Shown: piece by piece, positions 1-10,323 of the stretch
How positions within the stretch are numbered: position 1 is the stretch's first letter
How the letters are laid out: each line of letters opens with the position of its first letter
Assembly: GCA_051876075.1 (NCBI GenBank)
Contig: JBJEHM010000059.1
Span: forward strand, 1-55,048
From: Coriobacteriales bacterium
Lineage (GTDB): Bacteria; Actinomycetota; Coriobacteriia; Coriobacteriales; QAMH01
Direction of reading: 5' to 3'
Length of the DNA stretch: 55,048 bases
Made by a program: the position numbers and the translations under genes
The notes under the pieces: model-generated
What the model saw: the letters and a program-made list of their open reading frames with translations, nothing else
Databases searched by the model: none
Told to the model about the DNA's origin: nothing

Positions 1-22
1 CAGGCGGGAGGAATAACGGCGC

Positions 23-56
23 AAAAAAGCGGGCGGCTCGAGTGCCGCCCGCTTTT
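23..56. terminator. Intrinsic terminator, probably bidirectional, downstream of veg
   Basis: Perfect inverted repeat AAAAGCGGGCGGC-tcgagt-GCCGCCCGCTTTT with A/T tails on both sides. Confidence 0.85.
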
Positions 57-76
57 GCTGTGATGCGCTCAAGCGC

Positions 77-379
77 TTACTGGAGGACTTCCTCCCGAAT
101 CTCGGGGAAGAGGAGCTCGTTGGTCTCAAGATCCGTCAGCTCGACCATGCCGGTGAGGACATCCACATACTGGTAGGACTGGCGCGCCTTGCGGCCGCGC
201 TTCTCGAGGGTCTCGACGATGAAGAGCGAGGGATGTACCTGAGTCAGGATGCCTTCGCGCTCGACGATCTTGGAGCGACCCATGTTGGCCCTGATGCGGA
301 GGCGCTTGCCGGTGTAGCCGGTAAGGGTCTCGTGAATGGAGGTGACGGTCTGAACCGGTTCGATGATATCTTCGTCCAT
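77..379 (-). CDS. veg: Veg family protein (DUF1021)
   Basis: 100 aa with G-K-R-L-R-I-R-A-N-M-G-R-S-K...EG.L....PSLF.V and SYQYVDVLTG, characteristic of Veg. Confidence 0.85.
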   Translation of the reverse strand: MDEDIIEPVQTVTSIHETLTGYTGKRLRIRANMGRSKIVEREGILTQVHPSLFIVETLEKRGRKARQSYQYVDVLTGMVELTDLETNELLFPEIREEVLQ

Positions 380-415
380 AATACCTTTTCCACCTAGTTG
401 ACAGATAGACTCAGA

Positions 416-444
416 ATACTACCACGGAAATAAATGAAATCCAA
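416..444 (-). promoter_or_regulatory. Sigma70-type promoter of veg
   Basis: Minus strand reads TTGGAT-17 bp-TAGTAT with an extended -10 TG. Confidence 0.6.
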
Positions 445-656
445 TAGCTGCTATCGTGCTGAAACTTTGATATAGGCCGCTGAGCTGGGAAAAGGCGGGT
501 GCTGCTAGATCGATCAGAAGCGCGGCGGCAGGCGCGCGTTGCCGCACAGATCCTTCACAAGACTTACGAATTCACGCCAGCGCGTGCTGCACGGGTATAC
601 TCTGGTGAGTCAGGCGCGCCTTGGAAAGGCGCTCGAGCAGATAGGACCGACCACCT

Positions 657-2423
657 ATGGCAATACTCGACCGTGACGTGCTGGGCAGCTGCAGCACCGC
701 CCGTAAGCTCATCGAGAGCAAGATCCCCTCCCGTGTTGGTGCCAAGGACGCAAGCGTCTACGGCTTTTCTGGTGAGGCGCGCGCCACCGCAGAGCACCGC
801 ATGGGTTGGGCAGACCTCGCCTCCAACCCTCCCCGCGACCCGGCAGAGATCGCGGTCCTGGCCCAGCAGGCGCGCTGCGAGGGTCTCGATGCGGTGGTGC
901 TCATCGGCCAGGGCGGCTCGACGCAGGCACCTCAGACCATCACTAAGCTCCATTCGCTCGAGGTGACCGACGAGGTCCCGTTCCGCACCATGGACTCCAT
1001 CTCCCCGGTGTACGTGAACCACATCCTGGGCTCCTCCGACCCAGCGCGCACCCTCTACATCGTCAGCTCCAAGAGCGGGTCCACCCTAGAGCCCACCGTG
1101 CTCTCCCAAGTGGCATGGAGCTACGTCTGCGCTCACCTGGGGGCAGACAGGGCCGGCCGTCGCTTTGTCGCCATCACAGACCCTGGCAGCCAGCTCGAGC
1201 AGATCGCCCGCAGGGACGGCTGGCGAGCCGTGCTTCACGGAGAGCCAGACGTGGGCGGCCGCTACAGCGCGCTCAGCGTGTTCGGGCTGATGCCCATGGC
1301 GTGTGTGGGCATCGACATCGAGGGTGTCTTGAACCGCGCCAGCGAAGTGGAGCGCCTCTGCGCCAGCGACTCCCCGGACAACCCTGCACTCCAGCTCGCC
1401 TGCTTCCTCTATGACAACTACGCAGCCGGCAGGGACAAGTTCTCGCTGCTGATGCCGCCCCAGAGCCAGGTCTTCGGCCTGTGGGTTGAGCAGCTGGTGG
1501 CAGAGAGCCTGGGCAAGCGCGGCGTTGGCATACTCCCCAACATCGAAGTCGACGCCGGCATCATCGCCGACCCCCTGCCAGACCGCTGCGTCATCCTCTG
1601 CAACAGCGGCAACGACCGCTCCTACGAGCATGCCCGCACTTGTCTGCACCCGTCGATCCCCGCAATGAGGCTCGATATCATAGACAGCGACGACATCGCC
1701 GAGCACTTCCTCATTTGGGAGTATGCGGTTGCCTTCTGCGGATGGCTCATGGAGATAGACCCCTTCGATCAACCTGACGTCGAGAGCACCAAGCGCGCTG
1801 TGAAGCAGATCCTCTACGGTGACGGCGGCGAGTACGTTGTGCCTCTCGACCCCCAGGGCAATCCCGCCTATGTCGAGTACCCGACCCTTGACGGAGGCTT
1901 TGTGGAGAGCGTGTATGTGAGCAGCGCGCTGCTTGAGCGCATGAACCGCACCGACAAGGTCGACCTCGCGCGCGCCCTGCGCACGCTCTTCTACTCCATC
2001 AAGGAGGGCGACTACTTCTCGCTCAACGCCTTCCTGCCCTTCAAGGGCGTCGGTCGCCGCGAGACTCTCGAGCGCATCCGCCATCGCGTTGCAGACAGGC
2101 TCCATGCCTGCTCCTGCCTGGAGATCGGCCCCCGTTACCTGCATTCCACCGGTCAGCTCCACAAGGGCGGCCCCGACAACGGTGTGTTTCTCGTGGTCAG
2201 CAGCCAGGAGCCCTACGACATGACCGTACCGCACGAGGCGTTCACCTTGGGAGAGGTCGCCAACGCCCAGGCCCTGGGTGATTTTGGCGCTCTGGCAAGC
2301 CGCGGCCGCCGTGCGGTGTACGTGCGCCTCAAGGACAACGACAGCGAGTACCTGCAGACCCTTGCAGATGCGGTTTGCGCCGCTGTCTCTGCAACCTACG
2401 CCTTCCGCCGCAATGGCGAGTGA
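657..2423 (+). CDS. pgi: Glucose-6-phosphate isomerase-like protein (type found as the C-terminal part of Tal-Pgi fusions)
   Basis: GQGGS, SSKSGSTLE, AITDPGS, VGGRYSALS, EQLVAESLGK, DPFDQPDVE, GPRYLHSTGQLHKGGP motifs; TATACT -10 at 596-601. Confidence 0.8.
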   Translation: MAILDRDVLGSCSTARKLIESKIPSRVGAKDASVYGFSGEARATAEHRMGWADLASNPPRDPAEIAVLAQQARCEGLDAVVLIGQGGSTQAPQTITKLHSLEVTDEVPFRTMDSISPVYVNHILGSSDPARTLYIVSSKSGSTLEPTVLSQVAWSYVCAHLGADRAGRRFVAITDPGSQLEQIARRDGWRAVLHGEPDVGGRYSALSVFGLMPMACVGIDIEGVLNRASEVERLCASDSPDNPALQLACFLYDNYAAGRDKFSLLMPPQSQVFGLWVEQLVAESLGKRGVGILPNIEVDAGIIADPLPDRCVILCNSGNDRSYEHARTCLHPSIPAMRLDIIDSDDIAEHFLIWEYAVAFCGWLMEIDPFDQPDVESTKRAVKQILYGDGGEYVVPLDPQGNPAYVEYPTLDGGFVESVYVSSALLERMNRTDKVDLARALRTLFYSIKEGDYFSLNAFLPFKGVGRRETLERIRHRVADRLHACSCLEIGPRYLHSTGQLHKGGPDNGVFLVVSSQEPYDMTVPHEAFTLGEVANAQALGDFGALASRGRRAVYVRLKDNDSEYLQTLADAVCAAVSATYAFRRNGE

Positions 2424-3369
2424 GGAGGCGGTTGTGGCAGCTGGGTTGGGGGCCGAGCCGCTGAGCTTCTCTGCCCCAGCAAAGGTGAACCTCTGTCTGG
2501 CAGTGCGCTTTCCGCCACAGGACGGCTATCACCAGCTCGACAGCGTCTTTTTCGAGCTGCCCTTGGCAGACCGCATGGCTGTTCGGGTGATCCTCCTGGA
2601 GGGAGGCCGCCCAGCGTCCGTGACAAGTGCCGGCACAGCCGTATCGCTCGACTGCGGCGCCCTTGACGTCGCAGTGCGCGACAACCTGGTCTTCAAGGCG
2701 GTCGAGGGCTTCGAGGAGGCGCTGGGAGCGCGGCTTGCGGGGCCGGACGAGGCCCTGCTCGTTCATGTCGAGAAGAACATCCCCGCAGGCGGGGGCCTTG
2801 GCGGGGGCTCGAGCGACGCTGCCAGCATGCTCAGGGCCTGCTGTGCTCTGGCGGGTGTGCTGCCCGACGACCAGCGCGTGCAGCGCCTGGCGCGCAGCCT
2901 GGGTGCCGACGTCGCATTCTTCCTGCAGGGGGGTACGGCGCTCATGACCGGCAGGGGGGACGTGCTCGAAGAAGCGCTGCCCGCCTTCCCGCTGCCGCTG
3001 GTCCTCATGGGGGAAAGCCGGGGGCTGTCCACCCCGGCCATATACCGCTCCTTCGACGAGGACCCCGCGCCAGCTGGAAGCGCCTTAGAGCTGGCGTCTG
3101 CGCTCAGGGGATTCGACCCCCAGCGGGCAAGCCGGGCGGACAAGCTGCGCTTGGCGCAGCTGTGCTCCAACAATCTGGAGCCTGCCGCCTTCAAGGCGCT
3201 GCCGAGCTTGAGGAAGCGCGTGGAGCGGGCACGGGCAGACGAGGATGTGCTGCATGCGCTCGTCACCGGCAGCGGCGCCACGAGCTTTGCGATATGCGAG
3301 GACCTCGACGCCGCCCGCCGCTTTGAGCAGCGCGCGCGCTCATATTGCAGCTGGACGCGCGTCTGTTAA
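2413..3369 (+). CDS. ispE: 4-diphosphocytidyl-2-C-methyl-D-erythritol kinase
   Basis: APAKVNL, GYHQLDS, KNIPAGGGLGGGSSDAA, LGADVAFF, TGSG GHMP kinase motifs; start is ATG 2413 or GTG 2434 (GGAGG precedes the latter). Confidence 0.9.
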   Translation: MASEEAVVAAGLGAEPLSFSAPAKVNLCLAVRFPPQDGYHQLDSVFFELPLADRMAVRVILLEGGRPASVTSAGTAVSLDCGALDVAVRDNLVFKAVEGFEEALGARLAGPDEALLVHVEKNIPAGGGLGGGSSDAASMLRACCALAGVLPDDQRVQRLARSLGADVAFFLQGGTALMTGRGDVLEEALPAFPLPLVLMGESRGLSTPAIYRSFDEDPAPAGSALELASALRGFDPQRASRADKLRLAQLCSNNLEPAAFKALPSLRKRVERARADEDVLHALVTGSGATSFAICEDLDAARRFEQRARSYCSWTRVC

Positions 3370-4622
3370 GAGGGGCCTTCCCCCTGGCGGTTGGGGTTGC
3401 GCGCCGTCTCTGCCTTGAGCTTGAGCTGCCGCCCGAACACGAGCTTATCTTCCCCAAAGCGGTCGCGCACGCTGTCTGCAGCGCTGACGAGCCCTGGGTT
3501 GCCCTGGGGTATGCCCTCCTCCTGGGTTTGGAAGAGCCCCATCTGGAGGTCGCGCTGCTTGAAGCCGCCCACGCCCACGCCCACCAAGCGCACGGAGTCT
3601 CCCGGTCTCCAGATCTGGCCGAGCAGCTCCTTGGCGATGGGGATGAAGACGGTCTCGTCGTCAACCTGGCGGCTGATGCTGTGCTGCGCGGTGCGCGAGG
3701 AGAGGTCCGCATAGCGCAGCTTCAAGGTGACGGTATGGCCCGCCACCCCCTTCTTGCGCAGGCGCCTGCCCACCATGCATCCCAGGTAGTCGATGGCGTC
3801 TTCGATCTGTGTGCGGGTGGTGAGGTCCGAGGTGAAGGTGCGCTCGTTGCTGATGGACTTGAGCTCGCTGTCTGTCTCTACCGGGCGGGGATCGATGCCG
3901 CCGGCCCGCTCGACGAAGGCCCCCGCGTTGATGCCGAACACCGTCTTGAGCGCAGCTGGTTGGGCTGCGGCGAGCTGCCCCAGCGTCTTGATGCCCATCT
4001 CCTGGAGCTTGAGGGCGGAGCTCTTGCCGATGCCGGGCATGGCCTTGACCTCCATGGGGGCGAGGAAGGCTGCCTCGCTGCCGGGATAGACAACGGTGAG
4101 ACCCTGCGGCTTGTCGAGGTCGCTTGCGATCTTGGCGGTTGCCTTGCCGCTTGCCAGCCCGATGCTGCAGGTGATGCCTAGCTCGCGCACCCGGCTCTGT
4201 ATGCGCGCGGCAACCTGCACCGGGTCCTGGCGCATGAAGCGCCCGGGGCTCACGTCGAGGAAGGCCTCGTCTATGCTCACCTGCTCGAGCAGGGGGCTTT
4301 CGTCGTAGAGGATGCGCATCACGGCGTGCGAGAGCTCCTGGTAGCGCTGGAAGTGGGGCTCGGTCCAGATGGCGTTGGGGCACAGGCGCTCCGCGGTGAT
4401 GGATGGCATGGCGCTGCGCACCCCAAAGGCGCGGGCCTCGTAGCTGCAGGTGGAGACGACCCCGCGCTTGCCCGCCTGCCCGCCGACGATCACGGGCTTG
4501 CCGCGCCATTCCGGGTGGTCGAGCTGCTCCACGCTGGCGAAGAAGGCGTCGAGGTCCATGAGGAGCACTGCCCGCCCCTGCCATTCGCGCCGCACTGCCG
4601 GTATGTCCCTGCTGCCGTCCAT
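3366..4622 (-). CDS. dinB: DNA polymerase IV (Y-family)
   Basis: MDLDAFFASVEQ, CSYEARAFGVRSAM, SIDEAFLD, AKIASDLDKPQG; convergent 4-bp overlap with ispE. Confidence 0.92.
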   Translation of the reverse strand: MDGSRDIPAVRREWQGRAVLLMDLDAFFASVEQLDHPEWRGKPVIVGGQAGKRGVVSTCSYEARAFGVRSAMPSITAERLCPNAIWTEPHFQRYQELSHAVMRILYDESPLLEQVSIDEAFLDVSPGRFMRQDPVQVAARIQSRVRELGITCSIGLASGKATAKIASDLDKPQGLTVVYPGSEAAFLAPMEVKAMPGIGKSSALKLQEMGIKTLGQLAAAQPAALKTVFGINAGAFVERAGGIDPRPVETDSELKSISNERTFTSDLTTRTQIEDAIDYLGCMVGRRLRKKGVAGHTVTLKLRYADLSSRTAQHSISRQVDDETVFIPIAKELLGQIWRPGDSVRLVGVGVGGFKQRDLQMGLFQTQEEGIPQGNPGLVSAADSVRDRFGEDKLVFGRQLKLKAETARNPNRQGEGPS

Positions 4623-4740
4623 GTGCCCATTGTAGAGGCAGGCTGTGACAGCGCGCATTGGCCGCGCCTTTGCGTAACGAATCCGTATGCCTGCGCCTTT
4701 GAGCGAGCTGGAGACCTTTTGCGCCCCCGTGCTGGGTTAG

Positions 4741-6072
<1,332 letters not shown>

Positions 6073-6110
6073 GCACCCAAGCCCCGACCAGCGCTTGAAA
6101 GGGAGGCCCC

Positions 6111-7400
6111 ATGAACATCATCGTGCTCGGCAGCGGAGGCCGTGAGGCGGCCCTCGCCCAAAAGCTGTCCCAGTCCCCCCAGTGCCAGGAGCTCTACTGC
6201 ATCCCGGGCAATGGCGGCACAAGCGGCTTTGCCATCAACGTGGGTGGCATCGATCCCTGCGACGCAAGCCAGGTGGTTCCCTTTGCCAAGGAGCATGACG
6301 TCGAGCTGGTGGTCGTCGGCCCGGAGGCCCCGCTGGTGGCGGGTGTGGCAGACGGCATCCGAGAAGCCGGCATCGCATGCTTCGGCCCCGGTGCCCAGGG
6401 GGCTCAGATGGAGGGCTCCAAGGAGTTCGCCAAGAACCTGATGGCAAAGCACGGCATCCCCACGGCCGCCTACGCGGTCTTCGACAAGCTCGAGCCCGCT
6501 GAGGCATACATCCGCGAGCAGGGAGCGCCCATCGTCATAAAGGCAGACGGCCTTGCAGCTGGCAAGGGCGTCACGGTGGCAGAGACGGTGGAGCAGGCTG
6601 TGCAGGCTGTGCGCGACTGCTTTGACGGCGCCTTTGGCGATGCCGGCGCGCTTGTTGTCGTTGAGGAGTGCATGACCGGCCCCGAATGCTCGATCATGGG
6701 CATCACCGACGGAGAAACCGTGCTGTGCTGCGAGCCCGCACAGGACCACAAGCGCGCCTATGAGGGCGACAAGGGCCCCAACACGGGCGGCATGGGCGTC
6801 TACAGCCCCGTGCCCATCGTCACGCCAGAGGAGAAGGCGGTCATGGCCCAGATCATGGAGCAGACCGTCGCCGCCCTCAGGGCAGAGGGCATCGACTACC
6901 GCGGCTGCCTGTATGGCGGCTTCATGCTCACACCCACCGGCCCGCGCGTGGTGGAGTTCAACGCGCGCTTTGGCGACCCGGAGACCCAGGCCCTCATGCC
7001 GCGTCTCAAGAGCGACTTAGTCGACGTCTTCATGGCTGTTGACGCCAAGCGCCTGGCAGACATCGAGCTCGAGTGGGACGAGGGCTTCTGCGTGGGCGTG
7101 GTGCTGGCGAGCGACGGCTACCCCGGCTCGTACGAGAAGGGCAAGGAGGTCACCGGCATCCAGGAAGCCGAGGCAGAGGGTGCGCTGGTCTACCATGCCG
7201 GCACCAAGGTGGAGGACGGCAAGCTGCTCACCAACGGCGGCCGCGTCTTCTGCGTGAGCGCCACGGGCCCGAGCTTCGAGGCTGCCCGCGACAAAGCCTA
7301 CGCTGCATGCGACAAGGTGCAGTTCGAGAACAAATTCCTGCGCCGCGACATCGGCGGCCGCGCGCTGCGCGGGCGCGATCGCTGGGCAGAGGAGATGTAG
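6111..7400 (+). CDS. purD: Phosphoribosylamine--glycine ligase
   Basis: GSGGRE, PGNGG, GPEAPL, EGSK, KADGLAAGKGV, QDHKR, GPNTGGMG, EFNARFGDPE. Confidence 0.97.
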   Translation: MNIIVLGSGGREAALAQKLSQSPQCQELYCIPGNGGTSGFAINVGGIDPCDASQVVPFAKEHDVELVVVGPEAPLVAGVADGIREAGIACFGPGAQGAQMEGSKEFAKNLMAKHGIPTAAYAVFDKLEPAEAYIREQGAPIVIKADGLAAGKGVTVAETVEQAVQAVRDCFDGAFGDAGALVVVEECMTGPECSIMGITDGETVLCCEPAQDHKRAYEGDKGPNTGGMGVYSPVPIVTPEEKAVMAQIMEQTVAALRAEGIDYRGCLYGGFMLTPTGPRVVEFNARFGDPETQALMPRLKSDLVDVFMAVDAKRLADIELEWDEGFCVGVVLASDGYPGSYEKGKEVTGIQEAEAEGALVYHAGTKVEDGKLLTNGGRVFCVSATGPSFEAARDKAYAACDKVQFENKFLRRDIGGRALRGRDRWAEEM

Positions 7401-7474
7401 GACCCGGGCCGCAGGCACGGGAGAGCAGGGGGCGGGCTCAGCGGCTCGCCCCTGTTGGTTTGAGAGGCAGGTAT

Positions 7475-8047
7475 ATGAGTGAGCTGCTGGACACCCGCGA
7501 GGGAGACGAGCTGCTCGAGGAGCGCATCCTCGACAGCCGCCCCGTGTTCCGCGGGGGCTTTCTCAACGTCGATGCGGTCAGCATCGAGCTTGCAAACGGC
7601 AAGCAGACGGTTCACGAGGTTGTGAGGCACCCGGGAGCCGTGGCCATCATCGCCTTGGGATCAGACGGCAAGGTGCTCCTCGTGAGGCAGTACCGCACCG
7701 CGCTCGAGAGGGTTACGCTGGAGATCCCCGCCGGCAAGCTGGAGAGGGGAGAGGACCCCCTGCTCGCCGCTGCGCGAGAGCTCGAGGAGGAGACGGGCTA
7801 CATCGCAGGGCGCTTGGACTACCTCATGCCCATCGCCGTGGCAGCGGGCTACAGCGACGAGCTCATCCACCTCTACATGGCCACCGAGCTCTCTGCCGGC
7901 AGGCCCCATCCGGACGACGACGAGTTCGTCGCAGCGGAGTGGGTCGACCTGAGCGTCTTGGTCGACAGCGTCCTCGACGGGCGCATCGAGGACAGCAAGA
8001 CCGTTATCGCCGCACTCATCTGCGATGCCATGAGGCATCGCCTGTAA
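7475..8047 (+). CDS. NUDIX hydrolase, ADP-ribose pyrophosphatase-like
   Basis: HPGAV, RQYR, EIPAGKLERGE...AARELEEETG Nudix box, DSKT. Confidence 0.85.
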   Translation: MSELLDTREGDELLEERILDSRPVFRGGFLNVDAVSIELANGKQTVHEVVRHPGAVAIIALGSDGKVLLVRQYRTALERVTLEIPAGKLERGEDPLLAAARELEEETGYIAGRLDYLMPIAVAAGYSDELIHLYMATELSAGRPHPDDDEFVAAEWVDLSVLVDSVLDGRIEDSKTVIAALICDAMRHRL

Positions 8048-8093
8048 GCAGCTGTTCAACCGCCTGCGGCGGATGTGAGAAAGGAACCCTGAC

Positions 8094-8558
8094 ATGAGCA
8101 ACGAGAAACCCCTGGTGGGCATCATCTTGGGCAGCAAGAGCGACCTGCCTGCGATGGACGGATGCAAGGAGATGCTGGAGAAGTTCGGCGTGCCCTACGA
8201 GCTGGTCGTCCACAGCGCACACCGCAACCCCGAGCAGGTTGCCGCCTGGGCCAAGAGCGCCGAGGAGCGTGGCCTGAAGGTGATCATCGGAGCTGCAGGC
8301 AAGGCCGCTGCCTTGGCTGGGGTGGTGGCCGCCCACACCCCCTTGCCCGTGGTGGCCGTCCCCATGAAGACCAGCGACCTCGGCGGCATGGACTCCCTGC
8401 TCTCCACCGTGCAGATGCCCACGGGCGTCCCCCTGGCCTGTGTTGCCATCAACGGCACCAAGAACGCCGCCATCCTGGCAACCCAGATCCTCTCCGTGGG
8501 CATGCCCGAATACCGCGAGGTCATCCGCGCGTACAAGCGGGAGCTGGCAGAGGCGTAA
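8094..8558 (+). CDS. purE: N5-CAIR mutase / AIR carboxylase
   Basis: GSKSDL, SAHRNP, GMDSLLSTVQMP, NAA motifs. Confidence 0.95.
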   Translation: MSNEKPLVGIILGSKSDLPAMDGCKEMLEKFGVPYELVVHSAHRNPEQVAAWAKSAEERGLKVIIGAAGKAAALAGVVAAHTPLPVVAVPMKTSDLGGMDSLLSTVQMPTGVPLACVAINGTKNAAILATQILSVGMPEYREVIRAYKRELAEA

Positions 8559-8565
8559 AAGACCC

Positions 8566-8949
8566 GTGCGGCTTTCCATCGAGCACATCGCCGTAGAGCG
8601 GACGGGCATCAGCTTCGAGCTGCGCTGCGTGCCCGCCAACGCACGCGTGACTCCCCGGCAGGCGCAGCAGGCGCTGGAGCTGCTGCCCAACCTGGGGCGT
8701 CACGTGTGCGTCAACGACAAGGGCGACTGCTTTGCAGACGACATCGTCGGCACCGAGCCCGCCCATCTCTTCGAGCACGTTGCGATCGAGCTCATGGCCC
8801 GCGAGCGTGGGAGCGGGGAGGGCCTCATGGGCCACAGCTCCTTCACCGGGGAGCCCGGCCTCATGGCCGTGAGGCTCAGCTATATGGACGACCTCGAGGC
8901 CCTGGCGTGTGCACAGCGGGCGCTGGAGCTCGTCAACGGGCTCGACTAG
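8566..8949 (+). CDS. Stand-alone cyanophycin synthetase N-terminal domain-like protein (putative metallohydrolase)
   Basis: GTG 7 nt after the purE stop; LLPNLGRHVC...F...GT..AHLFEHVAIELM matches the CphA N-domain pattern LP.L..H.C...GT..GH..EHVA.EL. Confidence 0.65.
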   Translation: MRLSIEHIAVERTGISFELRCVPANARVTPRQAQQALELLPNLGRHVCVNDKGDCFADDIVGTEPAHLFEHVAIELMARERGSGEGLMGHSSFTGEPGLMAVRLSYMDDLEALACAQRALELVNGLD

Positions 8950-9047
8950 GACAGCCTCTTTGCCAGCCTGCGTCCAAACGCGCTGCGCCCGTCCCTCCCC
9001 TGCGGCTACAATCGTGCCCAAGTTATAGACCCAAGCCAGGAGACCTA

Positions 9048-10307
9048 ATGGCAGATTCTCGCATCAAGTTCGACCGCTACGTGGGCACCTATGCCCGCCG
9101 CCTGGACACCATGAGGGCCAGCGCCGTGCGCGACCTCTTTGCGGCGGCCAGCCGCAGCGACATCATCAGCCTCTCGGGCGGCATGCCCGACATCTCCGTC
9201 CTGCCGCTCGACCAAGTGGCCCAGGTGGCGGCTGCCGCGATCACCGAGGAGGGGCTCGCAGCCCTGCAGTACGGCAGCACAGACGGCAGGCTCCAGACCC
9301 GCCAGCTGGTGGCGGAGCTGGTCCGCGACCACGGCATCATGGACGTCGACCCCGCCGACGTCATCATCACCACCGGCGCGCAGCAGGCGCTCGACATCAT
9401 CCCCAAGACCTTTGTCGACCCCGGCGACGTCATCTTGGCAGAGGGGCCAACCTACCTGGGCGCCCTGCAGGCCTTTTCCGCCTACCAGCCCCAGGTGCGC
9501 TGCATCCCCATGGACGACGAGGGCCTGCGCATGGACCTGCTTGAAGAGGAACTCAAGCGCCTGGACGCAGAAGGCATCGCGCCCAAGTTCCTCTACACCA
9601 TCCCCAACTTCCAGAACCCCACCGGCGTCACGATGAGCATGCCCCGCAGGGAGCGGCTCGTGGAGCTGGCAGACGAGTACAACCTGCCCATCGTCGAGGA
9701 CAACCCCTACGGTCGCCTGCGCTTTGCCGGAGAGCCCCTGCCTGCCCTGCGCTCGCTGAGCGAGGACGTGATCTACCTGGGCACGGTGTCCAAGATCTTC
9801 GCCCCGGGCCTGCGCTGCGGCTGCATCATCGCGCCGCCGGGCGTCTTGGCAAAGATCAACCTGATCAAGCAGGGAACCGACCTCTGCGGCAGCGCCATGA
9901 ACATGGTCATGGTGGAGCATTACTTCCACGACACGGACTGGCGCGCCACCATGGACAAGATCGTGCCCGTTTACGGACAGCGCCGCCAGGCGATGATCGA
10001 CGCCCTGGAGGAGTTCATGCCGCCCGAGGTCAGCTGGACAGAGCCGGAGGGCGGGCTGTTCCTGTGGATCACGGCGCCCAAGTGCATCGACACAGACCAG
10101 CTCATCAACGTGGCGCTGGAGCGCGGCGTGGTCTTTGCCCCGGGCAGCAGCTTCTACCCAGACGGCAGGGGTCATGACAGCTTCCGCGTTGCCTTCTGCT
10201 TTGAGAGCCCCGAGAACCTGAGGGAGGCCGTGCGGAGGCTCGCCGAGGTCATCGAGGAGCAGCTGGAGCTCTACCGCGCGTTCGTGCGCGCCGGCGTGTT
10301 GGAATAG
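9048..10307 (+). CDS. PLP-dependent aminotransferase, class I/II (LysN/Aro8-like)
   Basis: ISLSGGMP, LQYG, TTGAQQAL, EGPTYLGA, IPNFQNPTG, EDNPY, GTVSKIFAPGLR, PEGGLF; AGGAG RBS; TACAAT at 9007-9012. Confidence 0.9.
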   Translation: MADSRIKFDRYVGTYARRLDTMRASAVRDLFAAASRSDIISLSGGMPDISVLPLDQVAQVAAAAITEEGLAALQYGSTDGRLQTRQLVAELVRDHGIMDVDPADVIITTGAQQALDIIPKTFVDPGDVILAEGPTYLGALQAFSAYQPQVRCIPMDDEGLRMDLLEEELKRLDAEGIAPKFLYTIPNFQNPTGVTMSMPRRERLVELADEYNLPIVEDNPYGRLRFAGEPLPALRSLSEDVIYLGTVSKIFAPGLRCGCIIAPPGVLAKINLIKQGTDLCGSAMNMVMVEHYFHDTDWRATMDKIVPVYGQRRQAMIDALEEFMPPEVSWTEPEGGLFLWITAPKCIDTDQLINVALERGVVFAPGSSFYPDGRGHDSFRVAFCFESPENLREAVRRLAEVIEEQLELYRAFVRAGVLE

Positions 10308-10323
10308 CGAAGAGGAGTTGGAG

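Noticed and set aside
8094-8558. purE without adjacent purK and with AAALAG in place of AAHLPG
   Set aside because: Loss of purK is common in anaerobes, pur genes are scattered here so it may lie elsewhere, and the catalytic SAHR is intact.
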